From the IMG/VR virus record IMGVR_UViG_3300036884_000676: 64,000 nt of DNA. The stretch is one strand, 5' to 3'. The position numbers and the translations under genes are program-made. The notes below the pieces were generated by a model. It ran no database searches, was not told where the DNA came from, and was given only the letters and a program-made list of their open reading frames with translations. Positions 1 through 9,312 of the stretch are shown here, piece by piece. Numbering within the stretch: position 1 is the stretch's first letter; each line of letters opens with the position of its first letter. This DNA comes from a virus (taxonomy: Duplodnaviria; Heunggongvirae; Uroviricota; Caudoviricetes).

Positions 1-66
1 AAGGATTTTTTAACATATATAAAGGAAAATCAGGGATCACCCGTAGATGGTCGTTACGGATTCTAT

Positions 67-726
67 ATGTTTTTACACACATTAGATGAAATGAAATTTT
101 CATTTATTAAATCTGGAAATTATTTGAATACTGGAAACTTCCTTTATTTTTTTAGAACCGAGTGGATAAAAAAACCAATAGATGTATTAGATGGATTTGA
201 ATTTAAAGATTCTGTTAAGAATACATTCAGAACATATGGTAAAATCAGTAATGAGAAATTATCTTTTTATTTCGGTATCAGGAATGGTATTTTAGAATAT
301 GGTTTTTATAATGATCTAAAAGATGTTATTTATAAAACTGGACAATTAAATATAAAAGACAATGAATTGAGACAAATAAAATCATATAGTTGTTTAGCTA
401 TGATAAGTGGGGTACTGAGAATAGCATCCACTAAAACATTAACTTTATTACATGAAATCAAAAAAGATCTAAAATATTTCTTTGAAGATAAGACCAGTAA
501 AGGAATAATCATCTTAACAACTATGAGACTCAGAAAAGTCATTTCAAAAGAATTATTAAAAGATAATATGAAAAATTCCGATGATCTAACTAATACTTTT
601 GTTGAATGGTGTAATAAATATCCTTGGGGTAAAAAGATAGAAGCATACATTGATGATTCCGAGGATGATGTTTCTTTCTACATAAAAATAAAATCCAAGA
701 ATAGTGATAAACCTGTTGTCTTATAA
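67..726 (+). CDS. hypothetical protein, possibly truncated at the window start
   Basis: 219-aa ORF from the six-frame track. Its stop overlaps the next gene start. No recognisable motif. Confidence 0.4.
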   Translation: MFLHTLDEMKFSFIKSGNYLNTGNFLYFFRTEWIKKPIDVLDGFEFKDSVKNTFRTYGKISNEKLSFYFGIRNGILEYGFYNDLKDVIYKTGQLNIKDNELRQIKSYSCLAMISGVLRIASTKTLTLLHEIKKDLKYFFEDKTSKGIIILTTMRLRKVISKELLKDNMKNSDDLTNTFVEWCNKYPWGKKIEAYIDDSEDDVSFYIKIKSKNSDKPVVL

Positions 727-1288
727 TAGTTTCATTAATGAATCTAAAATATATGAACATCCATTATTTCATGGTTCTGGCCGTAAATTTGATATCTTTG
801 ACTTTAATAGATTGGGTCAAGATGGTCATTTATTAAGTTTTCTTGGGATTCATTTTACTGAAAATGATACTGTTGCTGAAAGATTTACAAATCCACCTGA
901 TTATATTATCTACGAAATAGAATTGAAATATAACAAATTCTTGAAAATAAAAGAGGGTAATTTAGTCAAAGAAATGTTGAAGTTTGGACTTGAAAAAAAG
1001 ATAATCGATTTATCAATTTTTCCATCAAAAAACATATTTGATTTACCATATTTTGGAACAAAGAATTGTTTAATGAATCAATTATTTAATTTAACAGATG
1101 GAAAAGCAAAAGAAATTTCATTGGAATATAAAAACCACCTAATGAATCAAGGATATGATTGTATTAAGTATATAAATGAAATAGAATCACCAGACATTAA
1201 AAGATTTGATTGGATTATCTTTAAATCAGAACAAATAAAAGTATTAAAAGTGTGGGATTTAAAACCAAGATTGGAAATAAAATGGTAA
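704..1288 (+). CDS. H-G-S motif protein, ART-fold-like paralog 1 with a CTS-like N-terminus
   Basis: N-terminus MINLLSYNSFINE. HPLFHGSG is followed about 27 aa later by LGIHFTEN. Paralogous to the next ORF and to 20452, 35218 and 54197. Confidence 0.55.
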   Translation: MINLLSYNSFINESKIYEHPLFHGSGRKFDIFDFNRLGQDGHLLSFLGIHFTENDTVAERFTNPPDYIIYEIELKYNKFLKIKEGNLVKEMLKFGLEKKIIDLSIFPSKNIFDLPYFGTKNCLMNQLFNLTDGKAKEISLEYKNHLMNQGYDCIKYINEIESPDIKRFDWIIFKSEQIKVLKVWDLKPRLEIKW

Positions 1289-1872
1289 CGAAATTTTACA
1301 TATTTGAAAAAAAAAACAATATAGTTGGTCCATTATATCATGGAAGTGGAATAGTATTCGATAAATTTTCAAATGAAAAATTAGGAAGTAGCCGAAATGT
1401 TGTACATTTAATGGATTTTCTTGGAATTCACTTCACCCCCGATAAAAAAATGGCCGAAAGATTATTCTCAAAACCACCCAATTATGTTGTTTATGAAGTT
1501 GAAATCAAGGTTAACAAGATTTTAAAAAAGAGAGAAAGTCAATTAGTGAGGGATATGCTGAAATGGGGAGGTGAAAATGACTATGTTGACAAGGAATTCA
1601 TTGAAAAGAATTACTTATTATATAGAACATATAGTAATATAACACCATTCGATAGAGAAAATAAAATAATTTCATTGAATCATTTTCTATTAGAAGATAA
1701 CACATTTGATAAAAAGAAATTAACACTTGATTACAAACAATATTTAATTGAACAGGGTTATGATTCCATACATTATTTGAATGAAATAGAATGGTCATCA
1801 GATGAAAGATGGGATTGGATAGTTTTTAATGATAACCAGATAAAAATAATTAATATATACAAGGGTAAATAA
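1282..1872 (+). CDS. H-G-S motif protein, ART-fold-like paralog 2 (tandem duplicate)
   Basis: Aligns over its length with 704..1288: LYHGSG...LGIHFTPD...EQGYDSIHYLNEIE versus NQGYDCIKYINEIE. The likely start is the ATG at 1282, which overlaps the upstream stop in an ATGGTAA junction. Confidence 0.55.
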   Translation: MVTKFYIFEKKNNIVGPLYHGSGIVFDKFSNEKLGSSRNVVHLMDFLGIHFTPDKKMAERLFSKPPNYVVYEVEIKVNKILKKRESQLVRDMLKWGGENDYVDKEFIEKNYLLYRTYSNITPFDRENKIISLNHFLLEDNTFDKKKLTLDYKQYLIEQGYDSIHYLNEIEWSSDERWDWIVFNDNQIKIINIYKGK

Positions 1873-1888
1873 AAAATAAAATCAATAT

Positions 1889-2353
1889 ATGAAACACATT
1901 AAAGAATTTGAATTGAATGAAAATGCAACTCCAGTTGATTCTTTCAGAAAAGAAATTATGGATGCATATATTTGGATAAGAAAAAACAATAGTACCATTC
2001 CAGATGAAGTTTTAGATTTCATGAAAGACGCTGCCATTGAAAAATTAGATTCTAAAACTAAAGAAAGTATACTTTTGCTTAAATTTAGAACAGAAGATAT
2101 TTATCATAATAAACACACTTTGGCTGTTAATCAGAGGTCAGATGATTCAATTGGATATTCATTTTTCTCTGGATGGCAAAGTTCTGGTATGGGTAATGCT
2201 TTGAGTAATATGATGATGAAGAAATCTTTACCATCAAGTGTAAAAGGTTTCTCCAATATAAAACAATTACAAAGTGAAATTCAAAGTTGTATCGATTCTG
2301 GTGTTGGTGAGAAGGTAATGAAAGTTGAAGAAATAAATAAGATAAGGAAATAA
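1889..2353 (+). CDS. hypothetical protein
   Basis: 154-aa ORF, tightly packed with its neighbours. Confidence 0.4.
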   Translation: MKHIKEFELNENATPVDSFRKEIMDAYIWIRKNNSTIPDEVLDFMKDAAIEKLDSKTKESILLLKFRTEDIYHNKHTLAVNQRSDDSIGYSFFSGWQSSGMGNALSNMMMKKSLPSSVKGFSNIKQLQSEIQSCIDSGVGEKVMKVEEINKIRK

Positions 2354-3097
2354 ATGAAGAATATCCTGACATACAATGAATTTATAAATGAAGATTATCG
2401 TGATGTTGTTGGTTGTGGTAGTGGGGGTATACACGCGGATGACCGTCAACAACCTATTATAGCAAGTGGTAAATATAGTAGTGGAAGTATTACCAGTATT
2501 AGTAGTATCGGTGATTGGAACGGAGATAAAAAGGTATTAGGAACAGAAGAAATAAAGGATGTTAAGAGTGATTATTTTAATCAAAGAAGAAGGAGAAAAA
2601 AGAAAGAAACACCAATAGAAGAAGAAAAGAAAAAGAGAATGAGAAGAAAAGTATATAAAAATTTATTAGCTCTTGATAAAGCGGTAGAAGAAGATAAAGA
2701 TAATAATATAACAACAAAATTTGCTGATTTTAAAGAGGATAAAATAAAGAAATTCGACAAGACCAAGGAATTTGATCCCTTATCCGATGATATCATGGTA
2801 TTTCAAGAACTCGAAGATGGTGAAATTGAAAAAGTTAAAGAACCAGTAAAAATTTTACAAGTCACTGGAATCATAACTGATCCAGAAAAGATTAAGAAAC
2901 TTGAATCTGTTAGTGGTGGACCTGTTTTTTCTACCGAATTAAAAGTAAAATCTGTTAAAAGAGGTGATATAATATGGTTAACAGCCTTATTGGAAAGACC
3001 ACATGCAACTACATCTTGGAATGCTCAAACAATGGGTGTAATCAAAGCAAGAGTTGTTGATTACTATTACGGTTTAAATAAATTGAAATATGTATGA
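2354..3097 (+). CDS. basic internal-protein-like protein with CTS-like leader
   Basis: N-terminus MKNILTYNEFINE| followed by a Gly/Ser-rich segment. Highly basic stretch RRRRKKKETPIEEEKKKRMRRK. The ATGA overlap with the upstream ORF is typical of phage gene junctions. Confidence 0.5.
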   Translation: MKNILTYNEFINEDYRDVVGCGSGGIHADDRQQPIIASGKYSSGSITSISSIGDWNGDKKVLGTEEIKDVKSDYFNQRRRRKKKETPIEEEKKKRMRRKVYKNLLALDKAVEEDKDNNITTKFADFKEDKIKKFDKTKEFDPLSDDIMVFQELEDGEIEKVKEPVKILQVTGIITDPEKIKKLESVSGGPVFSTELKVKSVKRGDIIWLTALLERPHATTSWNAQTMGVIKARVVDYYYGLNKLKYV

Positions 3098-3630
3098 TTA
3101 TAAGATTCAAAAAATTTAATGAAAAATTAGATCTTGTTAAAGATGTTGACAAATTGTTGGAAATATCCAAATGCAAAGCTTTTTATATCATTTTCAATAA
3201 TAAAACAAAACAAGAAATTAGTATTCCATTAGATTATTGTAGTGGTGAATATGCCGCACTTCTTAAAGGTTATTCTGTTAAACCATATAAAAAAAGTAAT
3301 TTGATTCCAATTACTGAAAAGAATGCACTCATGTTAATAGTAGATTGGGATTATTCATATGAAATAAAATCAGATCTTGCTGATGAAAAACGTAAAATTC
3401 TTATTATTCAATACGATTTACCAGATAAATTACCAGAAATGAAAGAGAATTTATTAAATGAATCTGATACTCAGACATATAGGAAACTCCAATTCATAAG
3501 AGAACAAATCAGAAATATAACAAAAACTATTCGTGAAGTTGATTGGAAAAAAACTACTGACGGTGAGAAAAGTGATATATCTGATTCTTTGGAAAATTTA
3601 GTTTCTTTGGTAAAAAATAAAGCCAAATAA
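3094..3630 (+). CDS. hypothetical protein
   Basis: 178-aa ORF with an overlapping start. Confidence 0.4.
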   Translation: MIIRFKKFNEKLDLVKDVDKLLEISKCKAFYIIFNNKTKQEISIPLDYCSGEYAALLKGYSVKPYKKSNLIPITEKNALMLIVDWDYSYEIKSDLADEKRKILIIQYDLPDKLPEMKENLLNESDTQTYRKLQFIREQIRNITKTIREVDWKKTTDGEKSDISDSLENLVSLVKNKAK

Positions 3631-3637
3631 TTTTTTT

Positions 3638-5617
3638 ATGTTAGAGAAATATAGTATTTTTGTAGTTCAAATCCCTACCAACATGGAAAAGTCAGATAGA
3701 ATCGTGAGTGATTACCCTACATTTCTCAAAGAAGAAGCCCAAAATCAAGAAGTCGGAATAGGTACTCGATTCTATCATCAGAATGGATGGTGGGTTGTAA
3801 AGAGTAAAGGAATTCCTGACCATTGGGGATGTGTAAGCGAAAAGACTAATGCATTCGTGACCTTTTCTACTCAAGAAATTCTTGATTCTGAAAATCCAGT
3901 TGATGACAATCAGGGTAAAGATATAAAATTATTCTATACCGTAGAAACAAAGAGGATTGAGATTCCTGTTGGTAGTGATACACACAAAAGTAGTGACGAT
4001 AAGAAAAAAACATTTGAAAAAATATTCAGAAGAATAGCGAAAGTATCCAAGTTTATTAAAGTCCCCGAACCCACACTTACTCTTATTGAAAAGAAAAAAT
4101 ATTTCGCCTGTTGTCATCCAAGTGAAAGAGGATTATCATACGACAGGAAAACCGTTTCAAAGAAAGAAAAACCAGAAGAAACAGATAGGGTGGTGATTGT
4201 TTATACAGATATAAACGAAGCCACCGATAGATGTAATTTTCTCAATAAAGATTCTATTGAAAAACAAAAAAAGTCAAAATTGGGAATGGAAGTTTGGAAT
4301 GATGATGAAGATAATAAATTGTTTGAACCTTGGAGAGTAGTATCCAAAGAAGTTGAAGTATATGACCTGAAAATGGCTACCGTCCTTAAACCTGAGGATG
4401 AATGGTTAATTTTGGGTACTATTGATCACAAAGACGGACTTTTGAAAAATGCTCCGGGTCAACAAGTTCCAATTAGTTTAGTTCCTGACCAGATGATAGG
4501 TCATTCATATTGTGATCATTGTAAAAGAACCATATACAGAAACAAGACTGTTTTTGTTCAGAAAATAAAGACAGGTGAGATCCTCAGGGTTGGGGGTTCA
4601 TGTATTCGTAACTATTTGGGATATGATTATGAAAAGGTATTATCCTATTTAACCGATATTTCATTCCTTGATGAAAGTTACGGTGATTTCGATGGTGGTG
4701 GTGATGATTGGGATGAAGGATTTAGTGGTGGTTGGGGTCCAAAATTTGATGTGGAGATCTCAACTAATGAGGTAATCAAGTATTTCTATTGGTTCTACAA
4801 AAAGAATGGATATATGTCCAAAGCAACAGCTGAGAAGATTAATCAAAAAAGAGACCAAGATTATCTCGCTGACCCTGATCATCCAAAAGAAGAATATTAT
4901 AATAAAAAAGAAGTTAAATCAACATCAGGTAGAGTACAAGATGATGTTGATTACGCTCATAACCCCCCTGACAGAAGAAATTATCATGGTAAAAGTTCAT
5001 CAGAATATCAAGAAGATTTTAATAGATGGTCTGATTTTGTCACAATATACAATGAGAGATTAGAAACCACATCCGATGAAGAATTACAATGGGTTATTGA
5101 TTTCATTCACGCCAATCGTGATAATAACTTCATCTTTAACGCCAGTAACATGATTAAGGCCGGTGCCGTTCAGAAACATCTCCTGTATTACATTACAGGT
5201 GCTTGTTCTTGGTACTTCGGTAAACTCTCTCAGGAAGATAGGAAAAGAAGAGAAGCTGAAGAAGCTCTCTCTGGTGGTAAGAAAGAATCAGAATATGTTG
5301 GTACAGTTGGAGAAAAATCAAGACTTGAAAATCTTGAAGTGGTTCATATCAGTGGATACCAAACAGAATGGAATTGGTCAAATGTATATAAATTAAAAGA
5401 CCAGATAGGAAATATTTATACTAAGTTTGGTACTATTGGTTCTCAGTTCATTGTAAAACCTACTGAACAAGGTAGACAAAAAGACGAACAGGGGAATCTC
5501 ATTATTAATGATATTTTAGTAGGTGATGTGGTATCAGCTACAGCTGAAATTAAGAGACATGAGGAATATCAGGGAAAGAAACAAACCACTCTGGGTCGTT
5601 TTTCAAAACTTAAATAA
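3638..5617 (+). CDS. large hypothetical protein
   Basis: 659-aa uninterrupted ORF with a Cys pair (CDHCKRT...GGSC). No family recognised. Confidence 0.5.
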   Translation: MLEKYSIFVVQIPTNMEKSDRIVSDYPTFLKEEAQNQEVGIGTRFYHQNGWWVVKSKGIPDHWGCVSEKTNAFVTFSTQEILDSENPVDDNQGKDIKLFYTVETKRIEIPVGSDTHKSSDDKKKTFEKIFRRIAKVSKFIKVPEPTLTLIEKKKYFACCHPSERGLSYDRKTVSKKEKPEETDRVVIVYTDINEATDRCNFLNKDSIEKQKKSKLGMEVWNDDEDNKLFEPWRVVSKEVEVYDLKMATVLKPEDEWLILGTIDHKDGLLKNAPGQQVPISLVPDQMIGHSYCDHCKRTIYRNKTVFVQKIKTGEILRVGGSCIRNYLGYDYEKVLSYLTDISFLDESYGDFDGGGDDWDEGFSGGWGPKFDVEISTNEVIKYFYWFYKKNGYMSKATAEKINQKRDQDYLADPDHPKEEYYNKKEVKSTSGRVQDDVDYAHNPPDRRNYHGKSSSEYQEDFNRWSDFVTIYNERLETTSDEELQWVIDFIHANRDNNFIFNASNMIKAGAVQKHLLYYITGACSWYFGKLSQEDRKRREAEEALSGGKKESEYVGTVGEKSRLENLEVVHISGYQTEWNWSNVYKLKDQIGNIYTKFGTIGSQFIVKPTEQGRQKDEQGNLIINDILVGDVVSATAEIKRHEEYQGKKQTTLGRFSKLK

Positions 5618-5621
5618 TCAA

Positions 5622-6047
5622 TTAAACTTCATCTATAATTCTATCTGGTGGTATGTTTCTTTCTACATAAACAGCTTTACCATCTTCACCTTTTGAAAAT
5701 TGAGAACTCCATTCACTCATATCACTTGCTTCTTCATCCTTAATTAAATCATAACCTGATAAATCGACTTTCCATATTGTCATCTCTTGTGGATTATATC
5801 CATCTTCTTCATTGAATTCTTTAAACCATTCAGCATATTTCAAATCCAACCAAAAATAATTTCTTATTGGTGACATTTCTTTTTTACCAAGTCTGGAATA
5901 TCTTTCTTTTGGTATCTTTTTAATACCCTCTTTTAAAATTTTGGAATCTAATTTCGATGGAGCTACATGATAACCAACGATTATCTTCTCAGAATTCTCA
6001 TTTATACTTAAATAATCATCAAAGTTCAGAATCATCGTCACCATCAC
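5622..6047 (-). CDS. hypothetical protein
   Basis: 141-aa ORF on the minus strand. Confidence 0.4.
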   Translation of the reverse strand: MMVTMILNFDDYLSINENSEKIIVGYHVAPSKLDSKILKEGIKKIPKERYSRLGKKEMSPIRNYFWLDLKYAEWFKEFNEEDGYNPQEMTIWKVDLSGYDLIKDEEASDMSEWSSQFSKGEDGKAVYVERNIPPDRIIDEV

Positions 6048-6603
6048 TCGTTTGGAAAAAAGTATTTAAATCTTCAATATGAACTTTCTTTCTACCAGAT
6101 GATACGGGTTTTCCCTCTTCTTCTGGTTCTTCTGGAATTAAATCTTCATCATCTGGATCTGGTTTATTCCAAACATCATCTTCTTCTTCCTGTTCATGTT
6201 CTGTATTTTCATCATCAGATAATTCCTTTGGTTTAAATTCTATTTTGTAAATAAGTTCTCCACCGACTTTAGAATGACCTGATGAATCTTTACTTTTTTC
6301 TTTTTCTCTTTCGGTAGCTTCAATTGCCTGAACAAATATTAGAGTAACATCGAATTTTCTTTTCTTTGATGGACCTTCTCCCAATTCCAGTTCAAGATGT
6401 TGTTGAGGATCAACATAATTAAAATCTTCGGGATTAACTTTAAATCTTATCATATCACCATCAAAAGTTTTCTTTAAAGCATGATCAAAATTACCATCTA
6501 CTATGGTCTTTGCACTTTTGGTCACTTCTTCTGGTAATTCGGCTATAGTTGTTTTTTTATTTTCTTTAATGAAGGAATCAAAATTCATAATGAACTTGTT
6601 CAT
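6019..6603 (-). CDS. acidic internal-protein-like protein with CTS-like leader
   Basis: The probable start is the internal Met giving MNKFIMNFDSFIKE|N. The C-terminal half is strongly acidic (EEEDDVWNKPDPDDEDLIPEEPEEEG). The track ORF extends to 6654, but that N-terminal extension looks spurious. Confidence 0.45.
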   Translation of the reverse strand: MNKFIMNFDSFIKENKKTTIAELPEEVTKSAKTIVDGNFDHALKKTFDGDMIRFKVNPEDFNYVDPQQHLELELGEGPSKKRKFDVTLIFVQAIEATEREKEKSKDSSGHSKVGGELIYKIEFKPKELSDDENTEHEQEEEDDVWNKPDPDDEDLIPEEPEEEGKPVSSGRKKVHIEDLNTFFQTSDGDDDSEL

Positions 6604-6658
6604 GACTAATTGGTTTTTCTTTTTATATATTAAAATAAAAAAATCAATTTTCAACCTG

Positions 6659-7111
6659 TCAAATATAATTTACTTGAACTCCACTTTCTTCAAAAAGAAC
6701 CTGAGTTATTTTGAAATCTTCACCCCATCTTTCATCTTCGAAATTAGGCTTACTACAAAAGATAGTTGAAACACCAGATTGAATAATTGCTCTTGCACAA
6801 TCGCAACAAGGATACCATTCAATATACATAACAGAACCTCGTAGTTTTATTCCATTACGAGCCGCATTATAAATAGAGTTCCTTTCAGCGTGTTCGGTGT
6901 ACTTATATTTTACCGATCTTTCGTATCTTTCGTTAATTGAATCATCAACACCACGAGGAAATCCATTATATCCGATTGACAGAATTGCATTACTCTCAGG
7001 ATCTATAATGACAGCCGATGTCTGTGTCGATTTATCCTTACTCCATTTTTTTATAAAAGAGGCGAGATCTAAAAATTTTTTATCCCAATTTTCTAAGACA
7101 TTATTTAGCAT
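6659..7111 (-). CDS. cd: dCMP deaminase
   Basis: Zinc-binding HAE...PCxxC signature of the cytidine/deoxycytidylate deaminase family (HAERNSIYNAA...YPCCDCARAI). Size and context match T4 cd. Confidence 0.85.
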   Translation of the reverse strand: MLNNVLENWDKKFLDLASFIKKWSKDKSTQTSAVIIDPESNAILSIGYNGFPRGVDDSINERYERSVKYKYTEHAERNSIYNAARNGIKLRGSVMYIEWYPCCDCARAIIQSGVSTIFCSKPNFEDERWGEDFKITQVLFEESGVQVNYI

Positions 7112-7126
7112 TATCTAATTATTATT

Positions 7127-7450
7127 TTATTTCACCGTATGGTGCAAGAAGAAATCAAAAGTATCATCATCATAATAATACAATGTAAATACAGCGGTAT
7201 ATTGACGATTCATGTTGAAATCACTCAATTCCAGACCAGATACATCACTAACATTAATAGTATTTTTGAAAAAGACAGTTTCAAGGAATATAATTTCCTC
7301 TGGGGTTAATCCTCTTTTAAATAAATAATTGAAATTTACATGAAATCCCTGCCTTGTGTCTATGACTTTGAACTTGGATTTAAAATCCAAACCGTGCTTT
7401 AATTCTTTATCTTTTTTGTTTTCATCGAGTATATCTTCTAATATATCCAT
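7127..7450 (-). CDS. hypothetical protein
   Basis: 107-aa ORF. Confidence 0.35.
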   Translation of the reverse strand: MDILEDILDENKKDKELKHGLDFKSKFKVIDTRQGFHVNFNYLFKRGLTPEEIIFLETVFFKNTINVSDVSGLELSDFNMNRQYTAVFTLYYYDDDTFDFFLHHTVK

Positions 7451-7497
7451 AATTGTGTTTTCCCTTCAATTATTATAGAAAAAGAAAGGGAATAAGT

Positions 7498-7731
7498 TTA
7501 AGATTTTATTAAAAAATTACCTGTCTGCCACCTACCGTCTGAACATATTTCATTGAGTTGTTCGAGGCTTAGATTATTGGGGTCCCACCCTTTCTTTTTA
7601 GCATATTCTCGTTTAAAGACTTCTCTTAATTCTTCTATCTCTTTTTCCGATAAAGCGGAATCTTTAATTATTTCATATTCTTCTTCCATTTTATTTGTGT
7701 TTATTTTTAGGAACAGATTTAGTAAATACAT
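7498..7731 (-). CDS. hypothetical protein
   Basis: 77-aa ORF. Confidence 0.3.
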   Translation of the reverse strand: MYLLNLFLKINTNKMEEEYEIIKDSALSEKEIEELREVFKREYAKKKGWDPNNLSLEQLNEICSDGRWQTGNFLIKS

Positions 7732-7960
7732 TATATTTTTCGCAAAATAAATATTCTAATCTACTACCCATATCCATTACCCCTAATAAATTTTCTTCAT
7801 TCCCACCTATCATAGATTCATCATAATCTACGAAATCTTTTTTACAAGTTTCAATATCTTCAATCATGTTTTTCAAAAATTGGGATTGGTCCATATTAGC
7901 CGTTTCTATCAAATAAATAAATTCGTTAGTTTTTTTAATTGATTCTTCTTTCGTTATCAT
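7691..7960 (-). CDS. hypothetical protein
   Basis: 89-aa ORF. A tiny upstream ORF overlaps it through an ATGA junction. Confidence 0.35.
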   Translation of the reverse strand: MITKEESIKKTNEFIYLIETANMDQSQFLKNMIEDIETCKKDFVDYDESMIGGNEENLLGVMDMGSRLEYLFCEKYNVFTKSVPKNKHK

Positions 7961-8301
7961 ATTGTTATTTTATTTTTTAATGTTTCAGTACATTCTTGAC
8001 TCATTTTATCTGTGAATTTCATATTATCAATACTTTTTATTTGTATATATTAATTATTCAACATGAATACGAGTGTTTTCATTTTTTTAATTTTTCTGAT
8101 TTGTTCAAAATATATGTCCAATTAATTAAATTTGAATCCCCGATCATATTCTGAATTTCTTCATTTGTGAATCTAATATATTCCTCAGTTGTCAGGTGTT
8201 TCATTATGAATCGGAGGAGCATCAGATAATATTCCTTCTGATTTTAATTTTTCTATTTCTTTTTCCATTTCATCCTTTGTCATAAGATTTTTGATTATTT
8301 T

Positions 8302-8787
8302 TTAGTCAATATGTATACGAGAATGTAAATACATCCTTGGTGTCCATTCCTCTGTTGAAATGATACTTATTGATTGAGCGATGGTTGTAAGATACAAATT
8401 ATTTTTAGTTTCTAATTCTTTGTTTATATAGTCAACTAATTTATCAACTAATATCCTTTCTAACTGTTGAACGATGGTTGAACTATCCAAAGAAGATTCT
8501 TTAATTGCTGTTATTTGAGCACTATCAACCTCAACATCGAAACTTAAAGTTGGTAATCCTTCTTTCAATATAACATTTTTATCCTTTATATTTAATTGAG
8601 ATAGAATTTTTAAAGAAACTGGTAATAAGTTTTGAGCAATATCATCCTCACCAAGTTTTGTTACTATTAAATTTTCAATTTCATGTTTAAGATGAAATTC
8701 AGCGTATTCAGCCATAATTTTTCTAACTTTTTCGTCTGTTACTTTTAGAGCGTCCATAATAGGACTCCATTTTGTGTAAATATCCAT
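8302..8787 (-). CDS. hypothetical protein
   Basis: 161-aa ORF. Confidence 0.4.
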   Translation of the reverse strand: MDIYTKWSPIMDALKVTDEKVRKIMAEYAEFHLKHEIENLIVTKLGEDDIAQNLLPVSLKILSQLNIKDKNVILKEGLPTLSFDVEVDSAQITAIKESSLDSSTIVQQLERILVDKLVDYINKELETKNNLYLTTIAQSISIISTEEWTPRMYLHSRIHID

Positions 8788-8833
8788 AATTGTTATTTAT
8801 TATTTTTTTAATTATATATTACCTAATAATGGT

Positions 8834-9016
8834 TCAAATTATTTCGTTAGTATTTATACCTTTTTCATTCAAATATTTCCTTATAAGATTTTCCACTATC
8901 TTCGATTTATTAACTCCATTATCTTCTGATTCTTTATTTAATAAATCATACAATTTTGGATTGATTGTAACACACAATCCCTTTCTTTTATCTTCATCTT
9001 GTAATTTATGTCTCAT
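8834..9016 (-). CDS. ribbon-helix-helix (CopG/Arc-like) DNA-binding protein
   Basis: 60 aa. The segment LCVTINPKLYDLL has beta-strand-like character and is followed by two short helices. It shares the TINP motif with the divergent small ORF at 9147. Confidence 0.45.
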   Translation of the reverse strand: MRHKLQDEDKRKGLCVTINPKLYDLLNKESEDNGVNKSKIVENLIRKYLNEKGINTNEII

Positions 9017-9146
9017 AAATAAATTTTGTTTTTAGCTTTATACTAAATATTATAAAATTTGTTTTATTTATAAAATAATGTAAAAATAATTCAAAAATAA
9101 CGACTTTTGACTTTTAAATATTTATATATAAGAATAAACAATCATT

Positions 9147-9311
9147 ATGAAACAAGAAAATAAAAAAATAAGAACGACATTCACAATCAATCCCGATATT
9201 GTGAATATTTTAAATGAACAACATATCAGAAATCATTCTAAACTTATTGAATGGTTACTTCTCAACCATTTTAAAGAAGTTGATATGGATGTAAAAAATA
9301 TAATTTTGTGA
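9147..9311 (+). CDS. ribbon-helix-helix-like small protein (not in the ORF track, 54 aa)
   Basis: Manual translation: MKQENKKIRTTFTINPDIVNILNEQHIRNHSKLIEWLLLNHF... Its stop TGA at 9309-9311 lies immediately before the 9313 start. Confidence 0.4.
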   Translation: MKQENKKIRTTFTINPDIVNILNEQHIRNHSKLIEWLLLNHFKEVDMDVKNIIL

Positions 9312-9312
9312 A

